A stretch of 64,000 nt of DNA from the IMG/VR virus record IMGVR_UViG_2914543266_000001, positions 6,559-70,558 of that record; one strand, 5' to 3'. The stretch is from a virus. The notes under the pieces are model-generated. The model saw nothing but the letters and a program-made list of their open reading frames with translations. It searched no databases and was not told the origin of the DNA. This document shows positions 9,689-18,228 of the stretch, one piece after another; within the stretch, counting starts at the first letter, position 1; each line of letters begins with the position of its first letter. The position numbers were made by a program, and so were the translations under genes.

Positions 9689-10300
9689 ATGGCCAACATG
9701 AAGCCCGCCAAAAGCAAAGATTTTCGCACCCAGGCCCGGAATGCCAACGGGCACACCGATGAAGGTATGGCGATGCTTGAGTCATCGATCGAAGAGGTTG
9801 GCTGGTTTGGCGCGATCAGTGTTGCCGCTGATGGTGAGGTGTTTGACGGCAGCGCTCGCCAAGAGGTGGTGTCTAAGGTATTGCCCGAGGATGCGGTGGT
9901 ATATGACTCCGATGGCACAAAGCCTATCTACATACGGCGGGTGGATATTCCCAACGCTCAAGACCCTAGGGCAGTAAAGGCAGGGATTTTAGCGAATCGT
10001 GTGGCCGAAAAGAACCTTTCTTGGGAGTCAGTCAACCTCGATGACATCTCGCAGGATGTTGATTTAGGCGATTGGTTTGCTGAGGAAGTGCTAGCCGATC
10101 TGATCGATGAGCTAGACACCACTACCAGCCGCTTCACCGATGACCCGGACAAAGAGACCCCGTCGATTGGGGAGGGCGGCACACCTCTGGCGATCGTGCT
10201 GTCCTCGTCGGAGTTGAAAGAGTGGCAGGTGATGAAGGAAGTCGCCGGCACGCAGTCGGATAAGACAGCATTTTTGAAACTTATGCGAGGTGAGATCTAG
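9689..10300 (+). CDS. ParB/Srx-like N-terminal domain protein
   Basis: NANGHTDEGMAMLESSIEEVGWFGAISVAADGEVFDGSAR resembles phage ParB-like proteins found near terminases. Confidence 0.7.
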   Translation: MANMKPAKSKDFRTQARNANGHTDEGMAMLESSIEEVGWFGAISVAADGEVFDGSARQEVVSKVLPEDAVVYDSDGTKPIYIRRVDIPNAQDPRAVKAGILANRVAEKNLSWESVNLDDISQDVDLGDWFAEEVLADLIDELDTTTSRFTDDPDKETPSIGEGGTPLAIVLSSSELKEWQVMKEVAGTQSDKTAFLKLMRGEI

Positions 10301-10380
10301 GCTGGCAGATACATCAATTGAATTCCGGGCTTGGAACGCTATATCTTGGATAGAATTGAGCAAACCGTAAGGTATAGCGA

Positions 10381-10938
10381 ATGGCCTCTGGCGCGGTGCG
10401 GCAAAAATTGGGAACAAGGTTTGGCGCAGGCGGAGGCGGCGCAACTAGAAGTGCCCAAAATAGTGGTAAGGACGGCAAAAACACAGCAGATAATTCATCC
10501 TTTACAGAAAATCGATTTGCTAGCATTAGGCCTTCGGATGCTGATGTTGACGGATTCGTTAAGGCGTATGCATCAAAGAACGGCGTAGAAGCAACGCGCA
10601 CTGCTGTCCTTAAGTCAATCATGAAAAGTGATTTCCCTGCTCAGTCACTAGAACCAAAACGTTCTTGGAGTCGGCAACGCAACGAGGAAGCAGGGAAGAG
10701 AACAAATGCGTTACTCACTGATCATCTCAAGATATTTCATGAGGCTAGATCCATCTCTCGTGTAGCTGGAGTCGGTGCAGTACCTAAGACAAAAGCCGAA
10801 TTTAATCGATCGCGCCGCCAGATTGTAGCCAAAGCTCACCCCGACGCTGGGGGCACTGCGAGGGGCTTCGCTGCGGCTCAAACGCGGTTGAGGTCGCTTG
10901 AACGACGACTGAAAGATTTGGGGATTCCAGATAACTAG
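10381..10938 (+). CDS. Basic protein with MASxAVRxKxGxxFG leader and C-terminal J-domain-like HPD motif
   Basis: MASGAVRQKLGTRFGAGGGG; RRQIVAKAHPDAGG. Confidence 0.75.
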   Translation: MASGAVRQKLGTRFGAGGGGATRSAQNSGKDGKNTADNSSFTENRFASIRPSDADVDGFVKAYASKNGVEATRTAVLKSIMKSDFPAQSLEPKRSWSRQRNEEAGKRTNALLTDHLKIFHEARSISRVAGVGAVPKTKAEFNRSRRQIVAKAHPDAGGTARGFAAAQTRLRSLERRLKDLGIPDN

Positions 10939-10972
10939 TGGATGCGAGATATGACCGCGCTTTGGAACTTAT

Positions 10973-12217
10973 GTGGAGCGAGATTTGATGCAAAATGGTG
11001 ATACGTTTGTGCCATTCTATGGCGGCTTTTTTGCGTCTCCGGTGCCGCTAGAGTTGAGTTTTAACTGGTGCAGCCACAACTGCCACTATTGTTTTGCGAA
11101 CCTCTCCAAGCCCAACCGACGGTCTGACATTGGGGCTACGGTCAACCTGCTGCAAAACTATCGCAGCCGCAGCACTCTAGAGGCAAAACTATTGCAGCAG
11201 GGTTACCCAACCCTCGTTAGCAACCGGGTAGACCCATTCGCCGCATCTAACTACCGTCAATCTCTGCCGGTGCTTGAGATGATGTGCGAGCTGGGCCTAC
11301 CGTTATCGTTCCAAACCAAAGGGGGGCGAGGCATTAACGAAACGCTCGACATACTCAAAGCCCCCACGGTATGGTACATCACGATCGAAACTGATCAAAA
11401 CGAATTGGCCAAGCAGATCGCACCTGGTGCCCCCAGCATTGACGAGCGCTTTGAGCTAATCGATCTACTCATCAGCCGTGGCCACTTCGTCTGCGTCGGC
11501 ATTAACCCCTGCGTGCCCGAGTGGTTCAACGACGATCGCGCCTTCCTGCAACGGCTCTACGATGCAGGCGTCTGGGGCGTGTGGTGCCAGGAGCTGCACT
11601 TCAACACCAACCAACTGCGCAATATGCCACCGCGAGGCAAGGATGCGATCGGGCCTGAGCTGATCAAGCGATGTTCTAAAAAGAAAGTCGAGCTAGTCGA
11701 TTATCACTACGCTGATCAGATGGCGGAATGGGCGCAGGAGATTGGCCTAGAGCCATTTGTAGACGGGCAGTGTCGGCGATCGAACTACTGGGACGTGTTC
11801 TTCGCCTGTTACGAAAAGACATTCCCCACGCAGCAAGAGTTTATAAATTGGTGCCATGACGAGCTTAAAACAGGTGACACCATTACATTCTCGGATTACT
11901 TAGCATTCTGGGAGGGCGAACTACCCGAAGGCATCATGCAACTTGGGCACTATATCTGTAGCCAGAACTATAGCCTGTGTAAGGCACTGGCTCAGGAGTC
12001 TGGGCGGAAATGGGATCACAAAATGACCTATGCCGACTTGCTTGGATTATCATTTGGAGATACCCGCATACCGTTCAGCCCCGGCAGTACCCTAGGTTTT
12101 CGTTATGCCGTAACACCTCAAGGTGAAACGTGGGTCGATGAAGCCGGGCAACCAATCCTTGTATGGATGGGCGGCGAATCGTCCACGGAACTGACAACTG
12201 TTGTAGAGGATTTATAA
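10973..12217 (+). CDS. Radical SAM enzyme, spore-photoproduct-lyase (COG1533)-like family
   Basis: CSHNCHYC (CxxxCxxC); DPF, FQTKG, ITIETD..LAKQIAPGAPSIDERF, VGINP motifs. Confidence 0.88.
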   Translation: MERDLMQNGDTFVPFYGGFFASPVPLELSFNWCSHNCHYCFANLSKPNRRSDIGATVNLLQNYRSRSTLEAKLLQQGYPTLVSNRVDPFAASNYRQSLPVLEMMCELGLPLSFQTKGGRGINETLDILKAPTVWYITIETDQNELAKQIAPGAPSIDERFELIDLLISRGHFVCVGINPCVPEWFNDDRAFLQRLYDAGVWGVWCQELHFNTNQLRNMPPRGKDAIGPELIKRCSKKKVELVDYHYADQMAEWAQEIGLEPFVDGQCRRSNYWDVFFACYEKTFPTQQEFINWCHDELKTGDTITFSDYLAFWEGELPEGIMQLGHYICSQNYSLCKALAQESGRKWDHKMTYADLLGLSFGDTRIPFSPGSTLGFRYAVTPQGETWVDEAGQPILVWMGGESSTELTTVVEDL

Positions 12218-12517
12218 ATGGCTTCATCTGCGGTGCGATCGAAGGTTGGGAGAAAGTTTGGAGGCAGTGGCGGCGGCGGGACTGGTGGAGGAACAAGAAA
12301 GGTCAGTGTTTCATCTGCTGACAAAAATAGTCGAAAGGCTGCGATTCGAGAAAGTATCAATAATCGTCGCGATCTTAGCGGCGGCTTTGTGAATCTAAGC
12401 CGTAATGCCACGATGATTGCAGAACGCAGCAGGTCATACCGTGGGGCTTCTGGGCCAACAAAAGCGGCGACAGCAGTGGCGGCTAGCGGTGGCTATGTAA
12501 CTCGTCGTAGACGTTAA
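12218..12517 (+). CDS. Small Gly/Arg-rich basic protein with shared leader
   Basis: MASSAVRSKVGRKFGGSGGGG; 21 K/R vs 4 D/E; starts directly after the radical SAM stop. Confidence 0.75.
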   Translation: MASSAVRSKVGRKFGGSGGGGTGGGTRKVSVSSADKNSRKAAIRESINNRRDLSGGFVNLSRNATMIAERSRSYRGASGPTKAATAVAASGGYVTRRRR

Positions 12518-12567
12518 CGTTTTGGGCACCTATTCAACTGTCAACAGCATCTTTAAGGGTTCATGAA

Positions 12568-12762
12568 ATGGCTTCATCTGCGGTGCGATCGAAGGCTGGC
12601 GGCAAATTCGGCGGCAGCGGAAATGCTCCGACAAGGCAAAGAACTTTGACGCCAGTAAGACGGATCGATCGCGCAGAGTTGGCCCAGCGCCGGATCGCAG
12701 TAGCCGGATCGCAGGCCAGCAGGCTTGGCGGTCGCAATCGCTTTATTGGGCTAGGTAGTTAG
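12568..12762 (+). CDS. Small Arg-rich basic protein with shared leader
   Basis: MASSAVRSKAGGKFGGSG; first 28 nt identical to the 12218 gene; 13 K/R vs 2 D/E. Confidence 0.72.
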   Translation: MASSAVRSKAGGKFGGSGNAPTRQRTLTPVRRIDRAELAQRRIAVAGSQASRLGGRNRFIGLGS

Positions 12763-12769
12763 GGCATAG

Positions 12770-13261
12770 ATGGCAGCTCGCATCGACTGGAGTTACTGGC
12801 GGCATAAATACGTCACAGGGGATGACTCGGTGACGCATGAAGCGTTGTCTAGGATACCTAATGCACCAGCCCTAATAACCCTTAAAAAGCGTTCTGCGCT
12901 TGAGTCGTGGACAAAGCAGCGCGACGAGTTTAGGTTGCGCAAACATACTGTGGTATCTAGTGACCCTGCCGCGATCGCAGCTGCTGAAAAAGTCAATCAG
13001 CTGGTAGATATCGCCGCCATGGTGACTCAGCACGACAAAATCGGGCGAGCATTGGAAGGCGTTGCAGGCAAGTGGCTAAAGCAATTTGAAGAGAACCCCG
13101 AACTCATTAAAAAGATGCCCGCCCGCGACATAGCTACCCTGTTGCGCATAGGCCTAGACACCCGCCGCATGGCCGCTGGCCTCGCCACACAGCACCAAGA
13201 GATCGACCTATCAGGCCTTAGCGATAAAGCACTCGAAAGGATACTCAAGGGTGACGTATAG
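12770..13261 (+). CDS. Terminase small subunit
   Basis: DW...KYVTG N-terminus, helical body, overlaps the terL start. Confidence 0.75.
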   Translation: MAARIDWSYWRHKYVTGDDSVTHEALSRIPNAPALITLKKRSALESWTKQRDEFRLRKHTVVSSDPAAIAAAEKVNQLVDIAAMVTQHDKIGRALEGVAGKWLKQFEENPELIKKMPARDIATLLRIGLDTRRMAAGLATQHQEIDLSGLSDKALERILKGDV

Positions 13262-14759
13262 CCTACGGCTCAGGGCCGCCGCAGAACTAGAGCGCAGACG
13301 TCGTCAGGGCAACACCGATCGCAGCCGCCCATTGCCTGACTGCCTCACCCCAGAGCCAGGGGAACACCCCGCCGCATTCCTCGCTCGATCGCTGCCAAAG
13401 TCCTCCCTCATTCCCACAGGCGATCGCCACAATGCCGTATGGGAATGGCTGGCCTCACTACAGCCAGGGCAACCTGCCAAACCTCGCGTCGAGATATGGG
13501 GCCGGGGCGGTGCCAAAAGTACGATCGCAGAGATGGCTTGTGCCTACCTCGCCTGCACCCTCACCCGCAGGTTTGCGCTGTATGTCTGTGGCACGCAGGA
13601 TCAGGCGGACCTGCACGTACAGGCGATCGCGGCTCTGCTGGAGCAGATGGGCATTCCTCGCGCGGTCAATGCCTACAGCGCGTCGGTGAACTGGACGGCC
13701 CAGAAGCTACAAACAATCAATGGGTTCGGCGTCGTGGGCGTAGGCCTCAACAGCCGGGTGCGGGGGGCGCGCCTGGGAGAGTTCCGCCCTGACTTAATCA
13801 TCCTCGACGACATCGACGAAACCCACGATAGCCCGCAGGCGGTCACCAAAAAGCTAAAGACCGTCACTTCTGCCGTGTTCGCCGCTGGCAGTGCCGACGC
13901 TACGGTGCTATTTATCCAAAACCGCATCCACAAAGACAGCGCGATCGCCCAGGTCGCCGACGGTCGTGCCGAGATTCTCCTAGGGGCTACGGTCACTCAG
14001 GAACCTGCCGTGCGCGATCTCGAAGTCGAGCGCATCACAACAGGCGACGGCCCACGCTATCGCATTATCGACGGCACTGCGACCTGGCCCCAGGGGCAAA
14101 GCCTAGAGGTCGCAGAGAAGCAGATCAATGAATGGGGCTTACAGGTATTCCTATCGGAGTCGCAGCACGAGGATGCGCCTGATGGTGGACTCTGGAACCG
14201 CGATCGCGATATCGACCCTTACCGCGTTGAATCTGCACCACCGCGCCTCACGCTAATTGCGATCGGCGTTGACCCCAGCGGCAGCCTGGGCACTGAGGCA
14301 GGGCTAGTCACCGCTGGCCGAGATGATGCAGGACACATCTACATTATGTCCGACGACTCGATGGCGGGCACTACGAACCAATGGGTGCAGCAAGGCATCA
14401 GCCGATACCACCGCATGCAGGCCAATGCGATCGTCGCTGAGCGCAACTATGGCGGCGATATGGTCAAGACGCTGTTCCACAATGCCGATCAGCGGGTAGC
14501 CGTCGTGGAGGTGTCGGCCTCGCGGGGCAAGCTAGTGCGCGCCGAGCCAGTGCATCAGGCCTACGAGGAAGGGCGTGTGCACCATGTGGGCCACTTCCCT
14601 GAGCTAGAGCGCGAGATGTGCACCTGGCAGCCGGGGATGCCCTCGCCCAACCGCTTGGACGCCTTGGTGTGGGTCTGTATCTACCTGATGGGCAATGCCC
14701 CTCAGCAGATCGCCACGGCACCGATCGCCACGCCGCACCCCTACGCTAGTACTTTTTAG
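13251..14759 (+). CDS. terL: Terminase large subunit
   Basis: GRGGAKS, LIILDDID, FIQN ATPase motifs; IGVDPSG, ERNYGG, SPNRLDALVW nuclease domain. Confidence 0.95.
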   Translation: MTYSLRLRAAAELERRRRQGNTDRSRPLPDCLTPEPGEHPAAFLARSLPKSSLIPTGDRHNAVWEWLASLQPGQPAKPRVEIWGRGGAKSTIAEMACAYLACTLTRRFALYVCGTQDQADLHVQAIAALLEQMGIPRAVNAYSASVNWTAQKLQTINGFGVVGVGLNSRVRGARLGEFRPDLIILDDIDETHDSPQAVTKKLKTVTSAVFAAGSADATVLFIQNRIHKDSAIAQVADGRAEILLGATVTQEPAVRDLEVERITTGDGPRYRIIDGTATWPQGQSLEVAEKQINEWGLQVFLSESQHEDAPDGGLWNRDRDIDPYRVESAPPRLTLIAIGVDPSGSLGTEAGLVTAGRDDAGHIYIMSDDSMAGTTNQWVQQGISRYHRMQANAIVAERNYGGDMVKTLFHNADQRVAVVEVSASRGKLVRAEPVHQAYEEGRVHHVGHFPELEREMCTWQPGMPSPNRLDALVWVCIYLMGNAPQQIATAPIATPHPYASTF

Positions 14760-14803
14760 GGGTTCCCTATATATCAATACTATTTAACCTTTAACTGTTA
14801 CAG

Positions 14804-14848
14804 AAAAAGGGCTTAAAGCTTTCTACACCAAGGCTTTGAGCCTTTTTT
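14804..14848 (+). terminator. Intrinsic terminator after terL
   Basis: AAAAAGGGCTTAAAGC...GCTTTGAGCCTTTTTT. Confidence 0.7.
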
Positions 14849-14880
14849 ATTGCGCCCCCACGCACCGCCCAACCGAGCAA

Positions 14881-15013
14881 GGGTGCAGGGGGTGCGGGGA
14901 GTGCAGGGGTCGAAATGTGATTTTTTTCGTGTGATCGCACTCCAAAAAATGGAATGCGATCACACACTTTTTTTGAGCTTTTTTGCCCTGCACCCCTCGC
15001 ACCCCCTGCACCC
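14881..15013 (+). repeat. Dispersed palindromic element, copy 1 (core orientation A)
   Basis: GGGTGCAGGGGGTGCG... left arm, ...CGCACCCCCTGCACCC right arm; inner hairpin GTGTGATCGCA-CTCCA-AAAAA-TGGAA-TGCGATCACAC. Confidence 0.95.
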
Positions 15014-15211
15014 GGTGATGCGATCGCACTGCACCCTAGAGACAAAGTTCTGTGGCCGCACTTTGCCTCTATCTAACTCGCCGTCGACCTGGCTCAGGGG
15101 TTTAGTTGACAAATTGAGTTTAGTTGACGGGTTTAATTAACTTGCTTGCCCTGTTAACCAAGACAGCGCGATCGCACCCCTCGATCGCTCAACCGCTGAT
15201 TCCTTCGTCAA

Positions 15212-15345
15212 GGGTGCAGGGGGTGCGAGGGGTGCAGGGGTCAAAACTTGATTTTTTTCGTATGATCGCAGTCGAAAAAAATGGAGTGCACACACTCACT
15301 TTTTTTAGCGTTTCGAGGGTCGCACCCCCTGCACCCCCTGCACCC
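15212..15345 (+). repeat. Dispersed palindromic element, copy 2 (core orientation A)
   Basis: Same arms and T-tracts; sits just upstream of the portal promoter. Confidence 0.95.
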
Positions 15346-15397
15346 ATTCCAAGCATGAGGCAGTGTCATACAATAGACGGAACGATCGCGAGAGCCC

Positions 15398-16666
15398 ATG
15401 GCCGATCCAGTTGCAGGGAAATTAGCGGCTGCCGTTGAAGCATTCGCCCAAGAGTTATTGCAGGAGGTCGCGCCGCCCGACGATCGCGGCAACGTGATCA
15501 CTGATTTTGTGGACATGATCACGACCAACCCCAGGGCTGGGGCAGGCGTCGAGGTGAGCGTCTTGAACCTGCTGCAACGAATGGGTGAGTATAAGCACCC
15601 TGACCAGGCGATCGATGATCACATCCAAGAGCAGTTTGCTCAGATGGATGGCGGCATGAAAATCTCATACGCCGAGATGGCGACCGCCAAGCCGATCGGG
15701 TGGAGCGCCAGTGAGTTTGCACTGCGAGAGCCCGTAGACGGCAAATGGTGGATCGAGTCGCTGATGCTGATTCCACCGAAGTATCACAAATTTGAAGGGA
15801 GGCTGGGGAAAATTGAGGGGGCCAAATATTTCCCCACCACGGGGCCAGAGTTCACGATTCCGTACGATCGCATCGTGCATGTGGTCAACAGAAGGCATGT
15901 GGCAGCCCTGACCGATCGCCCTTTTTATGGCGTGGCCGATTGCCGTCTGGCGATCTCGGCGCACAGGGCATGGAAGATTGTCATTAATGAGGCACTGATC
16001 GCAGGGCAGCGGCAGGCCACGCCGATCATTGTGGGCCTGGCTGATCACAACTCACAGGTGCCCTTGTACGACGATCGCGGCGTGCCATTGCGAGATTCGG
16101 CAACGCAGCAAATTATCTCGGTGCCAGCCCCTGACAAACTAAAGCGAGAATTGCAAGCGCTCAACACCAATGGCGGGGTGATTACGGCGGGCCTGGGCAG
16201 TGACATCAGGGCACTGAACCATCAAACCGATGGCGCGTTCTTCATGCAGCTGCTCGACTACCTCGATCGCACCCTCATGCAGGCGTTCATGGTGCCCTAC
16301 AGCGTCCTTGAGAATGGCGTGCAGGGTTTGGGCAATGCGGGCCTGGCCGAGACTCAGGTTGATGTGATGGTGATGATGCTGGATAGCATGGCGCAGCAGA
16401 TCCAAGAGGAACTGCTAGAGAAGGTGATCCGCCCGCTGATCGAGTGGAACTTTGGGGAGCAGGAGAGCTACGGCGAATGGATGCCGCCAGACGAGGAAGC
16501 GCACGATCGCATTGAGCTGATGAACGCGCTGACCCAGTCCTTTGCGTCGGGCATGTATAGCGCGAGCGATGAGGCTTTTGTGAACCGGCACCGCGAGCTG
16601 GCCGGGATTCCGAAGGCTGAGCAGTTGGTGACGGCGATGAGTAAACCAGTGAGGTATTGGGATTAA
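15398..16666 (+). CDS. Portal protein (DUF935 / Mu gp29-like)
   Basis: Follows terL; size 422 aa; typical motifs (IPYDRIVHV, G.PIIVG, IRPLIEWNFG). Confidence 0.88.
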   Translation: MADPVAGKLAAAVEAFAQELLQEVAPPDDRGNVITDFVDMITTNPRAGAGVEVSVLNLLQRMGEYKHPDQAIDDHIQEQFAQMDGGMKISYAEMATAKPIGWSASEFALREPVDGKWWIESLMLIPPKYHKFEGRLGKIEGAKYFPTTGPEFTIPYDRIVHVVNRRHVAALTDRPFYGVADCRLAISAHRAWKIVINEALIAGQRQATPIIVGLADHNSQVPLYDDRGVPLRDSATQQIISVPAPDKLKRELQALNTNGGVITAGLGSDIRALNHQTDGAFFMQLLDYLDRTLMQAFMVPYSVLENGVQGLGNAGLAETQVDVMVMMLDSMAQQIQEELLEKVIRPLIEWNFGEQESYGEWMPPDEEAHDRIELMNALTQSFASGMYSASDEAFVNRHRELAGIPKAEQLVTAMSKPVRYWD

Positions 16667-17397
16667 TGCAGCTGATTCAAGACCCACACTTCCGTGTCGA
16701 GATCGATCGCAATGCCAGCAGCGCTAATGCCCCAGCGGGTATTTGGTACGGGCAGCACACTTGTGTCACTGAGGGGTTTAGCCCTGACGACCCACTGCCC
16801 AAAGATCCCGAGGGGGCGATCCTACGCCATGCCCTCAAGTCTGAGCACAGTCCTCACTTTTCGGTGCTGCGTTATGGCTACCTAGCGCTGCACTGTGGCG
16901 GGTTCCCTCACTCGGTCATGGCCCAACTGACCCGGCATCAGGACTCGGCGCACCTGGTGCAGTCAGGTCGGTACACGGGGCAGCGGTTTGTGAGAGTTGC
17001 CCTTGGTGGACTGCCCGTAGACCAAGTGTTTTACTTCCGGCCCCTAGGAACCTACCAGGACAGGCAGGGGCATCGCTACGAATACACAGCCGAAGAACTG
17101 GCCTATGACCGATTCGCTTGTCTCAAAGCCTGCGAGCGCTATGCCTACCGACTAGAGAAGGGCTGGGCCGAGGAACACGCCCGCGATCAACTGCCCTACA
17201 ACTTCCGCCAGAACTTTGCGATCGCGGGCGATCTGCAATCAGTGTTCCATATCTTGGATCAACGGTCAAAAAATGACAGTCAAATAGAAATCCAGTCGTG
17301 GGCGGGCATGGCCATGGAACGCGTGATTGAGTTCGTACCGCAAATTGGCCAGTGGTACAAAGAACATCGATATGGCCGGGCAAGATTGGCTCCGTAG
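16657..17397 (+). CDS. thyX: FAD-dependent thymidylate synthase
   Basis: EHSPHF, FPHSVMAQLTRHQ...VQSGRY, ARDQLPYN motifs. Confidence 0.9.
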   Translation: MGLMQLIQDPHFRVEIDRNASSANAPAGIWYGQHTCVTEGFSPDDPLPKDPEGAILRHALKSEHSPHFSVLRYGYLALHCGGFPHSVMAQLTRHQDSAHLVQSGRYTGQRFVRVALGGLPVDQVFYFRPLGTYQDRQGHRYEYTAEELAYDRFACLKACERYAYRLEKGWAEEHARDQLPYNFRQNFAIAGDLQSVFHILDQRSKNDSQIEIQSWAGMAMERVIEFVPQIGQWYKEHRYGRARLAP

Positions 17398-17448
17398 CAT
17401 GCCGCTGTTTCAGGCTCGGAATGGTAAAATAGGTGTACCGGGCAGTGC

Positions 17449-18228
17449 TTGCAACACCCCCGGAATGGCAACCTAGTTTCGGTAGGTCACATGAATAATT
17501 TACCACCTCTTGTCAAAGACCGACGAGGCATGAAGTTTGGTCGGCTGTTGGTCAAAGAGTTTGTCAAAGTTGAAAACAGGCGCTCTTATTGGCTTTGCGA
17601 GTGTGACTGTGGCAATACCAGCATCGTCATGGGAGTAAATTTAAGGCACGGCGGCGGCACCAATAGTTGTGGTTGCGCATCCAAGGAAGCGATCGCAAGC
17701 ACTGGCAAGCTGAGGCCAAGCAAGTCACTAGCCCCAGCAGGCCCAGATTACAGAAGACTTTGGAAGATTCGGGTGGGCATGATCGCTCGATGCTATGACC
17801 CCCGACAATTGTTTTACAAAGACTACGGCGGCAGGGGCATCACCGTTTGCGATGAGTGGCTGCACAGCTTTGATGCTTTCTACTTTTGGGCGATCGCATC
17901 TGGTTATTCCCCTGAACTTTCCATAGACAGAAAGAACAACGACGAAGGCTACAGCCCTGATAATTGCAAGTGGTCAACCGCAAAAGAGCAGGCCCACAAC
18001 AGAAGATCCAGCAAAAGATACGAAGCCTTTGGTGAGTCAAAAGTGCTGGAAGAGTGGGGGCGAGATAGTCGTGCCGTAGTGTGCAAAAACACAATCAAAA
18101 TTCGTGTAGCTAATGGCTGGGATTTTCAATCTGCAATGACTACCCCTGCGATGCCTAGGCGCGATCGCGCACTGCTAGGGCACCAAGGGCGAAGGAAGAA
18201 AACAGAAAAGAGGATTGAAACATGCTGA
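17449..18228 (+). CDS. HNH homing endonuclease
   Basis: KFGRLLV..WLCECDCGN..SCGC; YGGRGITVCDEW; SIDRKNNDEGYSPDNCKW. Confidence 0.88.
   Translation: MQHPRNGNLVSVGHMNNLPPLVKDRRGMKFGRLLVKEFVKVENRRSYWLCECDCGNTSIVMGVNLRHGGGTNSCGCASKEAIASTGKLRPSKSLAPAGPDYRRLWKIRVGMIARCYDPRQLFYKDYGGRGITVCDEWLHSFDAFYFWAIASGYSPELSIDRKNNDEGYSPDNCKWSTAKEQAHNRRSSKRYEAFGESKVLEEWGRDSRAVVCKNTIKIRVANGWDFQSAMTTPAMPRRDRALLGHQGRRKKTEKRIETC

Noticed and set aside
14881-15013. N15-like telomere resolution site
   Set aside because: No protelomerase in the window, arms are not a continuous perfect palindrome, and five copies would fragment a linear genome
14791-15528. Short ORFs reading VQGVRGVQG at each repeat (also 22797, 41305, 41525, 44186-44870)
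   Set aside because: Translations of the 9-bp repeat units; no RBS or coding context
16657-18228. Group I intron or intein in thyX with its HNH
   Set aside because: thyX reads as an intact ORF and the HNH gene is free-standing downstream
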